From assembly GCA_963674865.2 (NCBI GenBank), contig CAXXYE010000003.1:320001-384000 (forward strand): a DNA stretch of 64,000 nucleotides. Direction: 5' to 3'. Positions within the stretch are counted from its first letter, which is position 1. Each line of letters opens with the position of its first letter. Below, piece after piece: positions 11,241 to 19,940 of the stretch. The notes below the pieces were generated by a model. It saw only the letters and a program-made list of their open reading frames with translations, was not told the origin of the DNA and did not search any database. The stretch comes from Candidatus Hydrogenedentota bacterium. Its GTDB lineage: Bacteria > Hydrogenedentota > Hydrogenedentia > Hydrogenedentales > SLHB01. The position numbers were made by a program, and so were the translations under genes.

Positions 11241-13184
11241 ATGGACGCGATGGCGCCCACTAACAACAGATATCCGGTGACACTCTCGGACGTGGCATCG
11301 GTGGATTTGCCCAAGGAAAACGCCGGGGGCAGTGTACTGGCGTGCCTCGACCTGACCACCGTGCCGGCCACGCCCGGCTGCTATCTGATGCGCGACCGAG
11401 CCGACAAGGTTATCTACGTGGGAAAGGCCAAGCATCTCCGGAACAGGCTGCGAACCTACGTCAATGATCAGGATTCGCGGCACATGGTGAAGTTCCTTGC
11501 CCAACGCCTTGCCCGTGTCGAATTTCTTATCACCACCACCGAAAAAGAAGCCTTGCTGCTTGAAAACAGCCTCATCAAAGAGCACAGGCCTCGGTATAAC
11601 GTGCGCCTGCGCGATGACAAGACGTACGTCAGCGTGCGCCTTGCGGTGCAGGAGGCGTTTCCCCGGCTGATGGTGGTGCGCCGGCACAGGCGCGATGGCG
11701 CCTGCTACTTCGGCCCTTACTCGAGCGCCCAAGCCGTGCGGGAAACACTGCGCACCATTAACCGGGTCTTCCCTCTGCGCAAGTGTTCCGACAGCGTCAT
11801 GCGAAACCGCACGCGCCCGTGCCTGTATTACCAGATGGGTGAGTGCTTGGCGCCGTGCGTCGGGCTCGTTGACCAGGAGACCTATCGCGATGTCGTCAAG
11901 CAGGTAGTGATGTTGCTTGAAGGTCGAGATGACCAGCTCGAGAAGCTCCTGTTGGATGAGATGAACGCACAAGCGGCCGCCCTCGAGTTCGAGAAGGCTG
12001 CTGTGTTGCGGGACCGGCTTCAAGCCCTTCGTCACACCCAGGAACGCCAGCGTACCGTGGCTTTGCACGGCGCACCGGACCGCGATGTGTTCGGCCTCTA
12101 TGAGCAAGGCCGGTATCTGGAAATCATGGTGCTCTTCTATCGGGGCGGCAAGATGCTGGGCGGGCGTGCCTTCAGCTTCGTAAGGACGGAGATGCCGCGC
12201 GAAGAACTGTTCAGTTCATTTCTCTTGCAGTACTACGCCACGACGCCCTCAGTCCCCGCTGAAGTCCTGACGCCGCTCGAACTCGAGGATGCGGAGGCAT
12301 TGGCGAGCGTGCTCTCGGATCAACGTGGCTCAAAGGTGACAATCCACGCGCCTCAGCGCGGCGAAAAACGTGCCCTTGTCGAGATAGCCTCACGCAATGC
12401 GCGCTCGAGTTTCGAGGAGAAGCGCCTCTCCGAGAGGGCGCACCGCGATGTGCTCGAACAGATACGTCAAGCGCTGCATCTTCGAGAAATCCCCGCCCGG
12501 ATGGAGTGTTTCGACATCTCGACGATCCAGGGGGAGAAGGCGGTCGGGGCCATGACGACTTTCACGGACGGCGCGCCGGACAAGTCCCGCTACCGCCGCT
12601 ACACCATCCGGCAGGTGCAGGGGCAAGACGACTACGCCATGCTCCGTGAGGTCCTGCTCCGGCGCTACCGCCGCGGCGTCGAGGAGCACGACCTCCCCAA
12701 TCTCAGCGTGGTCGATGGCGGGAAGGGGCAACTCAATGTCGCGCTGGCCGTGTTCAAGGATCTCGGGATTGAGGATGTAGCAATAGTGTCGATAGCAAAG
12801 GCCCGTTCGCTTCGCGAAGAAGGCGGCCACTCGCCCGAACGCTTCTTTGTCCCGGGGCGCAAGAATCCGATCATCCTGCCTCAGGATTCACCTGTCGTGC
12901 ATACCCTTGCGCGGCTGCGCGACGAAGCGCACCGGTTTGGCATTACGTACCATCGACTCCGGCGGACACGCTCAACGGTACGCACACGACTTACCGAGAT
13001 CCCGGGCGTGGGGGCGAAGCGGGCCAAGAAGCTCTTGACGAAGCTCGGTTCTGCCGCCAGAATAGCCCAGGCTTCCGAGGAACAGATAGCGGCTGTTCCT
13101 GGCTTCAGCGCATCCCTGGCGAAGACGATAAAGACGTACTTCGACGCCGCGAAGATGCAGGCCGACCAAAGAGAGGATTCCTGA
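11241..13184 (+). CDS. uvrC: Excinuclease ABC subunit C
   Basis: GIY-YIG (PGCYLM..VIYVGKAK), EALLLENSLIK..PRYN, ECFDIS, VDGGKGQL, RDEAHRFGI and HhH IPGVG. Start uncertain (11241 or 11250). Confidence 0.96.
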   Translation: MDAMAPTNNRYPVTLSDVASVDLPKENAGGSVLACLDLTTVPATPGCYLMRDRADKVIYVGKAKHLRNRLRTYVNDQDSRHMVKFLAQRLARVEFLITTTEKEALLLENSLIKEHRPRYNVRLRDDKTYVSVRLAVQEAFPRLMVVRRHRRDGACYFGPYSSAQAVRETLRTINRVFPLRKCSDSVMRNRTRPCLYYQMGECLAPCVGLVDQETYRDVVKQVVMLLEGRDDQLEKLLLDEMNAQAAALEFEKAAVLRDRLQALRHTQERQRTVALHGAPDRDVFGLYEQGRYLEIMVLFYRGGKMLGGRAFSFVRTEMPREELFSSFLLQYYATTPSVPAEVLTPLELEDAEALASVLSDQRGSKVTIHAPQRGEKRALVEIASRNARSSFEEKRLSERAHRDVLEQIRQALHLREIPARMECFDISTIQGEKAVGAMTTFTDGAPDKSRYRRYTIRQVQGQDDYAMLREVLLRRYRRGVEEHDLPNLSVVDGGKGQLNVALAVFKDLGIEDVAIVSIAKARSLREEGGHSPERFFVPGRKNPIILPQDSPVVHTLARLRDEAHRFGITYHRLRRTRSTVRTRLTEIPGVGAKRAKKLLTKLGSAARIAQASEEQIAAVPGFSASLAKTIKTYFDAAKMQADQREDS

Positions 13185-13188
13185 AAGT

Positions 13189-14514
13189 ATGTTACTAACG
13201 GTGCTGATCTGTATTGCCGTTCTGTTCGCGATAGCGTTTCTCTACTGGATGCTCCTTTCCTCTGCCCTGAGCATGCCCAGCGGCGCCGACGAGGTGTACG
13301 CCGTGACGACGGCGGACCTGTGGGAGGTCCGGCTGTACCGGTACAAGCCCCGGCAAGGCGGCGGAGAACCGGTCTTCCTCTGCCACAGCGCCATGGCGAA
13401 CCAGTTCAATTTCACCTCACCGGCCGGTGCATCACTCGTCGACACGCTTGTCGAAGACGGCTACGATTGCTGGATCATTGAGTTGCGCGGCTCGCGGAGT
13501 TCGATTCCTCCCTTTGGGCGGAAGCGATGGTCGGCGGTGCCGGACGATTTCCTGCTGCAAGACATTCCATCGGCACTCGATTTCATTCGCAAGAAGACGG
13601 GATATGACAAGGTGCATTGGGTGGGACATTCGCTTGGCGGCATGCTCCTCTACGCGTATGAACTCGTACACGGCCGAGATTGGCTGGCGAGCGCGGCCAC
13701 GCTGGGCTCACCGCCCGGCTTCGCCGGCGTGTCCTTCAAGACGCCCCACACCATTCTGTTTCTTCAGCGCATGTGTCCGCCCCTGATCGGCTTCGTCATG
13801 AGGGGGCTTTCGCCGCTGCTGCTTGCCCTGCGCCCGCGGGTGGGATTCGTGCCCGTCAACTGGGAGAACGTTCATCCATCCGTTACGGCGCGAACCTTCT
13901 TCAATATGCTCGAGTCGCCGCCGCCCGCGTTGGCTCAAGAGCTGACCTTCTGGGCCGCCCACAACCTCTGGCGCATGAATCACGACGACGTGGATGTTGT
14001 GGAGGGACTGAAGACGCTGCGGACGCCTCTATTGGTGTTTTTCGGTGCGGCGGATCCGCTGACACCCGCCGCGACAGCCGAAGCGTTTTTCAAGGAGTTG
14101 CCGGGGCGCGACAAGAAGATGATCATGCTAGGCAAAGGCCACGACTGCTCCGCCGACTACAACCATGCAGACCTTGCCTTTGGGCGGAACGGCGCCGAAG
14201 AGGTGTTCCGGCCCATCGTCGAGTGGTTTGGCAAGCACCCCATCACGGAACGCCTCAAAGGAAAGCAAGATATCGAGGTGGCATTCCGCGTTGAGCAAAT
14301 CGCGCCGAGAAGGGCCGAGGGCTTGGAGGAAGCCCCTGAATCCGCAAAGGTCCGCGCGGCCTCGAAGAAGCCCGCGGCTAAGAAGAAGCCGTCAGCGAAG
14401 AGGAAGCCGGCGGCGAAGAAGAAAGCGACCTCAAAGAAGGTCGCGGCCAAGAGGCCTGCGGCCAAAGCGCAGGCCGGGAAGAAGCGCGTCGCCAAGAAGC
14501 CGCCTTCCGACTGA
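13189..14514 (+). CDS. Alpha/beta hydrolase with an N-terminal membrane anchor and a Lys/Ala-rich histone-like C-terminal tail
   Basis: HWVGHSLGG nucleophile elbow, GAADPL and YNHADL; tail KKPAAKKKPSAKRKPAAKKK. Confidence 0.8.
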   Translation: MLLTVLICIAVLFAIAFLYWMLLSSALSMPSGADEVYAVTTADLWEVRLYRYKPRQGGGEPVFLCHSAMANQFNFTSPAGASLVDTLVEDGYDCWIIELRGSRSSIPPFGRKRWSAVPDDFLLQDIPSALDFIRKKTGYDKVHWVGHSLGGMLLYAYELVHGRDWLASAATLGSPPGFAGVSFKTPHTILFLQRMCPPLIGFVMRGLSPLLLALRPRVGFVPVNWENVHPSVTARTFFNMLESPPPALAQELTFWAAHNLWRMNHDDVDVVEGLKTLRTPLLVFFGAADPLTPAATAEAFFKELPGRDKKMIMLGKGHDCSADYNHADLAFGRNGAEEVFRPIVEWFGKHPITERLKGKQDIEVAFRVEQIAPRRAEGLEEAPESAKVRAASKKPAAKKKPSAKRKPAAKKKATSKKVAAKRPAAKAQAGKKRVAKKPPSD

Positions 14515-14540
14515 GCCGGAGCGAAGCAAGGGGCCGATAC

Positions 14541-15449
14541 TTGGAATTCACGCGGAGGCGTTTCCTCGAGACATTAGCGGCTGCGGCAAGTTGCGGCGCC
14601 GCGGCGGGATCAAGGAAGCGTGTAGGAGCGGCTATGGCCAGTCCCACGGTATGCGTATTCTCGAAACATCTGCAGTTCATCACCGATTTCGCCGAACTTG
14701 CACGGACCTGCAAGGCACTTGGCCTCGGGGGCGTCGATCTCACTGTGCGCAACAAGGGGCACGTGCTTCCGGAGAACGCAGCCCAGGATCTCGATTCGGC
14801 CGTTCAGGCCTTTCGGGCGGAAGGGCTGGATGTGCCCATGATCACGACGGGCCTGTGTCGGGGCGACGATCCTCATGCAGAGTCGATCCTCGCGGCCGCG
14901 TCGAAACTCGGCATCCACTACTTCCGGGTGGGCGGGCAGCACTACGCAGACACCGGCGACATCGTCGAGCAATTGGCGCAATTCACGGAAGGGCTTCGCA
15001 GTCTGGCGCGCCTCGCCGAGAGGTACGGAGTGATCGCCGGTTACCACAACCATTCGGGCCACAGCAACGTCGGCGCGCCGATCTGGGACTTGTACCGCAT
15101 GTTCGAGGACGTCGGCTCGGATGCTCTCGGCTCCAACTTCGACGTGGGCCACGCACGCGTCGAGGGCGCCTATGGCGCATGGGAGATCAACGCGCGGCTG
15201 ATGGCGTCCCGCGTAAAGATGATGGCGGTGAAGGACTTCGTCTGGGACGGCGACCAGCCGCGATGGGTGCCCCTGGGGCAGGGCATAGCGCCTACCGCAC
15301 AAACGCTGGCCATCTTCCGGAAGGTCGGCTTCGCAGGGCCGATCTCAATCCACATCGAATACAAGACCGACTCGCACGACGCCTTGCTTGAGGAGATCCG
15401 CCAGGCTGCGGCAACCCTTCGGGCCGACATGAAACAGGCCGGCTATTGA
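14541..15449 (+). CDS. Sugar phosphate isomerase/epimerase (xylose isomerase-like TIM barrel), Tat-exported
   Basis: TRRRFL Tat motif; YHNHSG, NFDVGH, VKDF, PLGQG and SIHIEY. Confidence 0.82.
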   Translation: MEFTRRRFLETLAAAASCGAAAGSRKRVGAAMASPTVCVFSKHLQFITDFAELARTCKALGLGGVDLTVRNKGHVLPENAAQDLDSAVQAFRAEGLDVPMITTGLCRGDDPHAESILAAASKLGIHYFRVGGQHYADTGDIVEQLAQFTEGLRSLARLAERYGVIAGYHNHSGHSNVGAPIWDLYRMFEDVGSDALGSNFDVGHARVEGAYGAWEINARLMASRVKMMAVKDFVWDGDQPRWVPLGQGIAPTAQTLAIFRKVGFAGPISIHIEYKTDSHDALLEEIRQAAATLRADMKQAGY

Positions 15450-15496
15450 AGGCCTCTGCTGGCACCGGCTGAAACTGCACACCGCCCGGAAAAACG

Positions 15497-16327
15497 ATGG
15501 AGGAGCGGCACATGAAAGGACGATTCCTTACAGCCTCTCTCGCAGTTGTCTTGGTAACCGGTGTGGCCTGCGGCCACAGTTCGGCTGGGGGGGCGGTGCT
15601 CGCGTCCGCGGCTTTTGGCCAGGTGCGCTCCGACCCCGCGCCTGCCACCGGATCGGAGGCGCCGTCCACATCCACGAGCCAAACACCCATCCGATACGCC
15701 CAAACCAAGCCGGGCGCCCTGCTCTTCAAGAACAGTGATTTCGAGCGCGGCAACCTTTCGCACTGGGAAGCGACGGGCGAGGCTTTCGCACAACAGCCGA
15801 CCAAATGGGACAACCCGACGGCCCGTGGCTCCGACATGCCCGCGCGGCACCAAGGCCACTACTGGATCGGCACGTTTGAGGAATACGCGGGCACAGCAGG
15901 CCAGCGCCCCGGGGCCACCCAGGGCGACGAGCCGCAAGGGACGCTGACCTCGGAGCCCTTCACGATCATGGAGCATCGCATCGCCTTCTACTGCGGCGGC
16001 GGCCGCCTTATGAGCATGGCCTACGTGGCGCTTCTGGTGGACGGCGAGGAAGTCCTGAAGGCCACCGGCAAGCAAAGCGACTCGATGCACGAAGTCGTCT
16101 GGGATGTCTCGAACTATGCCGGCAAGAAAGCACGTATCGTGATACGGGATGCCTCATCGGACGAATGGGGCCACATCAGCGCGGATTACTTCCGCTACGT
16201 ATCCCCTCAGACCGAGCCTCGGGGCGGCGTCGTCACGCGCCCCGTTCCCGAAACCCGCCCCGAGACTCCGGGACAACGGCCCGATGCAGCTACGGAGATA
16301 GAGCATGGCGTAGCGCCGCAGCACTAA
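15497..16327 (+). CDS. Secreted protein with a carbohydrate-binding-like beta-sandwich domain
   Basis: Signal peptide; NSDFERG..W..TGEAF, GTLTSEPFTI and WDVSNYAGKKARIVIRD..WGHISAD. Confidence 0.6.
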   Translation: MEERHMKGRFLTASLAVVLVTGVACGHSSAGGAVLASAAFGQVRSDPAPATGSEAPSTSTSQTPIRYAQTKPGALLFKNSDFERGNLSHWEATGEAFAQQPTKWDNPTARGSDMPARHQGHYWIGTFEEYAGTAGQRPGATQGDEPQGTLTSEPFTIMEHRIAFYCGGGRLMSMAYVALLVDGEEVLKATGKQSDSMHEVVWDVSNYAGKKARIVIRDASSDEWGHISADYFRYVSPQTEPRGGVVTRPVPETRPETPGQRPDAATEIEHGVAPQH

Positions 16328-16439
16328 CCGGCGTGGTCGTTCGACGTCGGAGGCGCAAGGCAACGCCAAGAATCCGGAATCGGTTTCACTAACCATAGAC
16401 CATCGGCCCGGTTGCCGGGCCTCAAAGAAGGAGTAGGCG

Positions 16440-17384
16440 ATGAGCGGAACCAGCGCAGACGAACCTATGATCTGGGGATATCTCATTCATCTTGGCTACA
16501 ACATGTGGGTGGATCGGGAAATCCCGGAGGAGAACCGGCCCTACATCACCGCAAGGCCCTACATGCGTTTCGATGACAGCCTATGGAATGACTTGGTCGA
16601 GCGATGGGCCGACGCCGGTGTCAATATGATTGTTATCGACCTTGGGGAAGGTGTCCGCTATGAATCCCACCCGGAATTGGCTGTTAAGGGATCATGGCCC
16701 GGTGAACGCCTGCGCGAGGAACTGGCCCGGCTGCGAGACAAGGGCCTTGAACCTATTCCCAAGCTCAACTTCTCCACCGCGCATGACGTCTGGCTGGGCG
16801 AGTATGCGCGCTGTGTCTCGACGGAGCGGTACTACGGCGTCTGCCGCGACCTCATCGCCGAGGTGCTCTCACTATTCGACGGCCCCCGCTTCTTCCACTT
16901 AGGCATGGACGAGGAAACGGCGGAACACCACCGTCGCCACGCCTATGTCGTCCTCCGGCAATACGACCTCTGGTGGCACGATATCGAGTTTCTGTTCGAG
17001 CAGGTGATACGCGGCGGGTCACGCCCGTGGATTTGGTCCGACTATGTGTGGCACCACCCAGATGCCTTCTTCGAGCGGATGCCGAAGTCCACGATGCAGA
17101 GCAACTGGTACTACGGCGACAAGTTCGACGAAACGGTGGAGTATGTCAAGGCGTATGACGACCTCGAAGCGAAAGGCTATGAACAGATCCCGACGGGGAG
17201 CAACTGGTCGAACGACGTGAATTTCGAGCGGACGGTCGCCCACTGTCGCGAACACATCGCACCTGAACGGCTCAAGGGATTCTTGCACGCGCCGTGGCAT
17301 CCGACGGTCGAGGAATTCCGCCGTCAACATCTCACGGCCTGCGACCAAGTCGCCGCGGCGCGCGCCGCCTGGGAACAGAAGTAG
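16440..17384 (+). CDS. GH20-like TIM-barrel hypothetical hydrolase
   Basis: AGGAG RBS; YESHPEL, IPKLNFS..H and FHLGMDE (HxGxDE-like catalytic pair). Confidence 0.6.
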   Translation: MSGTSADEPMIWGYLIHLGYNMWVDREIPEENRPYITARPYMRFDDSLWNDLVERWADAGVNMIVIDLGEGVRYESHPELAVKGSWPGERLREELARLRDKGLEPIPKLNFSTAHDVWLGEYARCVSTERYYGVCRDLIAEVLSLFDGPRFFHLGMDEETAEHHRRHAYVVLRQYDLWWHDIEFLFEQVIRGGSRPWIWSDYVWHHPDAFFERMPKSTMQSNWYYGDKFDETVEYVKAYDDLEAKGYEQIPTGSNWSNDVNFERTVAHCREHIAPERLKGFLHAPWHPTVEEFRRQHLTACDQVAAARAAWEQK

Positions 17385-17695
17385 CGGCCCTCCTGCGCGG
17401 AGGGGGCAGTGATTCGGTGGCGCTATCTGCTCACCACGCTCCTTGAGGTAGGCGCCCACCGGAGATCCGGGGGATATCGCCGCGATGGCGCTTCGCCTAC
17501 CGGCGGAGGGCGGGGGAGTGGCATCCTATTGCCCCGAGATGCCCGGTGTTGCGGAACTTTCTGCGGTATGAGAGAATACAAGACGCGGTACAAAGGTTCT
17601 GCCAGGGCACAACACCTAGTGGTTGCCCTGGCCATTCAGCCTTATATAGTGTGGGTATCGATGCGTGCTGATCGCGCGCGGTTTCTAGGATAAGC

Positions 17696-18493
17696 ATGTA
17701 CGACCAGTTCCGGCACCGATTCGGCGATGGCGGGCCTATGCGCAGGGCCGTCACGGTGTCTGTGATCCTGCACGCCCTGGCCTTCGCGGCCCTGGGCGCT
17801 GCGGTCGTCGTCCACCGGCCCGCCGTCAAGCCGCCGGACTACGAGGTACAACTGGTTCAACTGACGAATATTCAGGAGCCGGAAGAGGTTGTCGAGACTG
17901 TTGTCAAGGAGCCCGAACCTGAGCCGGAACGCGAGCCTGAGCCAGAGCCCGAGCCAAAGCCTGAACGCAAGCCAGAGCCGGAGCCCGAGCGAACGCCGGA
18001 GCCGAAGCCTGAACGCAAGCCGGAGCCAGAGCCCGAGCGAGAGCCTGAACCCAAGCCGGAACTCAAGGCCGAGCCGGAGCCTGAGCGAGAGCCTGAACCC
18101 AAGCCGGAACTCAAGGCCGAGCCGGAGCCTGAGCGAGAGCCTGAACCCAAGCCTGAACCCAAGGCCAAGAGTGGTATATCCGTGCAGCAAGAGATGCCGA
18201 GCGTGTTACTCTGGTGGAGTCGACAAGTCCAGCGCAAAGTGGATAGGGTGTGGGAGGAACCCGGTGGGATTCGACTGGACGCCGAGGACAACCAGGCTGT
18301 GGTAAGCTTCTGGGTGAACCGTGCCGGGCGGCTGTTGAGCGATCCGGAGGTCATCAAGCACGCTAGCGAAAAGGCGGTGGGGGAGTCGGGTGTTCGGGCT
18401 ATCAAGCTCGCCGCGCCTTTTCCACCGCTGCCCGAGGCGTTCGAGGACACCGAACAGGAAGTCGTGATCACGTTCACGGTTGGGAAGGACTAG
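17696..18493 (+). CDS. TolA/TonB-family energy transducer
   Basis: TM segment with SVILH (SHLS-like) motif, Glu-Pro-rich linker and TonB_C-like end ([12 protein letters not shown]); upstream of tolB. Confidence 0.85.
   Translation: MYDQFRHRFGDGGPMRRAVTVSVILHALAFAALGAAVVVHRPAVKPPDYEVQLVQLTNIQEPEEVVETVVKEPEPEPEREPEPEPEPKPERKPEPEPERTPEPKPERKPEPEPEREPEPKPELKAEPEPEREPEPKPELKAEPEPEREPEPKPEPKAKSGISVQQEMPSVLLWWSRQVQRKVDRVWEEPGGIRLDAEDNQAVVSFWVNRAGRLLSDPEVIKHASEKAVGESGVRAIKLAAPFPPLPEAFEDTEQEVVITFTVGKD
18035..18153 (+). repeat. In-frame exact 48-bp tandem repeat (~2.5 copies) in the tolA linker
   Basis: Unit GAGCGAGAGCCTGAACCCAAGCCGGAACTCAAGGCCGAGCCGGAGCCT ([16 protein letters not shown]). Confidence 0.85.
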
Positions 18494-18616
18494 GAATGCT
18501 GCCAGAGATTCACCGAATGACGGGGACTGAGAGTTTTGGGCATTGAGACAAAACGACGTACAAGTGCTTTCTGGCCGCATCCCACCAGGAATCGTACTTT
18601 CAGGTTAAGCTTCTAG
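18490..18616 (+). repeat. 127-bp dispersed repeat, copy A (MITE-like or structured element)
   Basis: CTAGGAATGCTGCCAGAG...CTTTCTGGCCGCATCCCACCAGGAA...CTTCTAG; collinear with the copies at 52204 and 58608. Confidence 0.85.
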
Positions 18617-18632
18617 AGAACAGGAGGATATC

Positions 18633-19940
18633 GTGAGACTCGTTCTTATTCTTCTAATGCTTTGGGGACTCTGCGCCGGTGTCTGGGCCCAAGACGCGGT
18701 ACGGATCGACCTCGAGCGGCAGCTCGACTACCGTATCCCGATTGCCGTGCCGGACTTCGCGTCCTCCCCCGGCCAGGAGGCCCTTGGCCAACAAATGGCC
18801 GCCATCGTCGCGCGCGACCTCCAATTCACGGGACTTTTCAAGGTAATCGCACCTGACGCCTATCCCAAGAGCTTCTCCGGCTTCTCGCAGGACCCCACTC
18901 AGATCGATTTCGCCGCGTGGCGTGCGTCGGGCGCCGAGCACCTGGTGTATGCCCACGTAATTGACGATGTTGACGCCATTGTGGCCGAATGCCGCCTTTT
19001 CGACGTATTCAGTCACCAGCAGGTTGTTGGCAAGCGGTTCGTGGGCAAGAAGAAATGGCCCCGGCCAGAGCGCCTAGTCGCCCACTACTTCGCCGACGAA
19101 ATCGTACTCTTCCTGACGGGCGTCGCCGGCGTCGCGTCCTCCGAGATATGCTTCAGCGCGGACGCCTTGGGGCATAAAGAGATCTTCGTTGCTGATTACG
19201 ACGGGATGCAGGTTACGCAGGCTACTCAGCACGGCTCGATCTCGATCCGCCCCAAGTTTTCGCCGGACGGCAGGAGAATTGCCTACCTCTCCTACAAAGA
19301 TCGCTTTCCCTTCCTGTACGTATATGACCGCGAAACGGGCAAGTCGGTGCCGTTGTCGAAGAATGTAGGACTTAACGTAAGCGCCGCTTGGGCGCCTGAC
19401 GGGGCAAGCCTGGCCATGGTACTGAGCAAGGACGGGAATCCCGAGATCTACCTCAAGAACGCCGACGGATCGGGGGAGCAGCGACTGACGCATGACAAGG
19501 CCGTGGACTCATCGCCCGCGTTCGATCCCAGCGGAAGGCGCATCGTGTTCGTCAGCGAACGCGGCGGAAGCGCCCAACTGTACGTTATGAACGCAGACGG
19601 CAGTAACGTCCAACGCCTTTCCTTCCAGGGAGGGCGTGCCTACGATCCCGCTTGGTCGCCAGACGGCAAGTCAATTGCCTATGCCGTTGAGAAGCGCGAC
19701 GAGGGCCGGCAGATTTATGTTGTAAACGCCGACGGCTCCAACGCGAAGCGCGTTACCACCTCGCCCGGCTCCAAGGAATCCCCGAGTTGGTCCGCCGATT
19801 CCAGGCACTTGGTCTTCGCCGCGACGCGCGGGGGCGTGTCGGAACTCTGGACGGTGACCCTTGAGACCGGGGAAGAACACCGCGTTCCTTCATTGGGAAC
19901 TCGCTGTGAAGGGCCGTTCTGGGGGCCGAGGAGGAACTAG
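18633..19940 (+). CDS. tolB: Tol-Pal system beta-propeller protein TolB
   Basis: Signal peptide; IPIAVPDF, VARDLQFTGLF, AHYFADEI, EIFVADYDG and PD40 repeats (FSPDG, WAPDG, WSPDG). Confidence 0.92.
   Translation: MRLVLILLMLWGLCAGVWAQDAVRIDLERQLDYRIPIAVPDFASSPGQEALGQQMAAIVARDLQFTGLFKVIAPDAYPKSFSGFSQDPTQIDFAAWRASGAEHLVYAHVIDDVDAIVAECRLFDVFSHQQVVGKRFVGKKKWPRPERLVAHYFADEIVLFLTGVAGVASSEICFSADALGHKEIFVADYDGMQVTQATQHGSISIRPKFSPDGRRIAYLSYKDRFPFLYVYDRETGKSVPLSKNVGLNVSAAWAPDGASLAMVLSKDGNPEIYLKNADGSGEQRLTHDKAVDSSPAFDPSGRRIVFVSERGGSAQLYVMNADGSNVQRLSFQGGRAYDPAWSPDGKSIAYAVEKRDEGRQIYVVNADGSNAKRVTTSPGSKESPSWSADSRHLVFAATRGGVSELWTVTLETGEEHRVPSLGTRCEGPFWGPRRN

Noticed and set aside
17520..17534. Sigma54 promoter TGGCATCCTATTGCC upstream of tolA
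   Set aside because: GG-to-GC spacing is 9 rather than the required 10.
17909..18163. Repeat array as a possible CRISPR
   Set aside because: It is an in-frame Glu-Pro-rich coding repeat of tolA, with no unique spacers and no cas genes.
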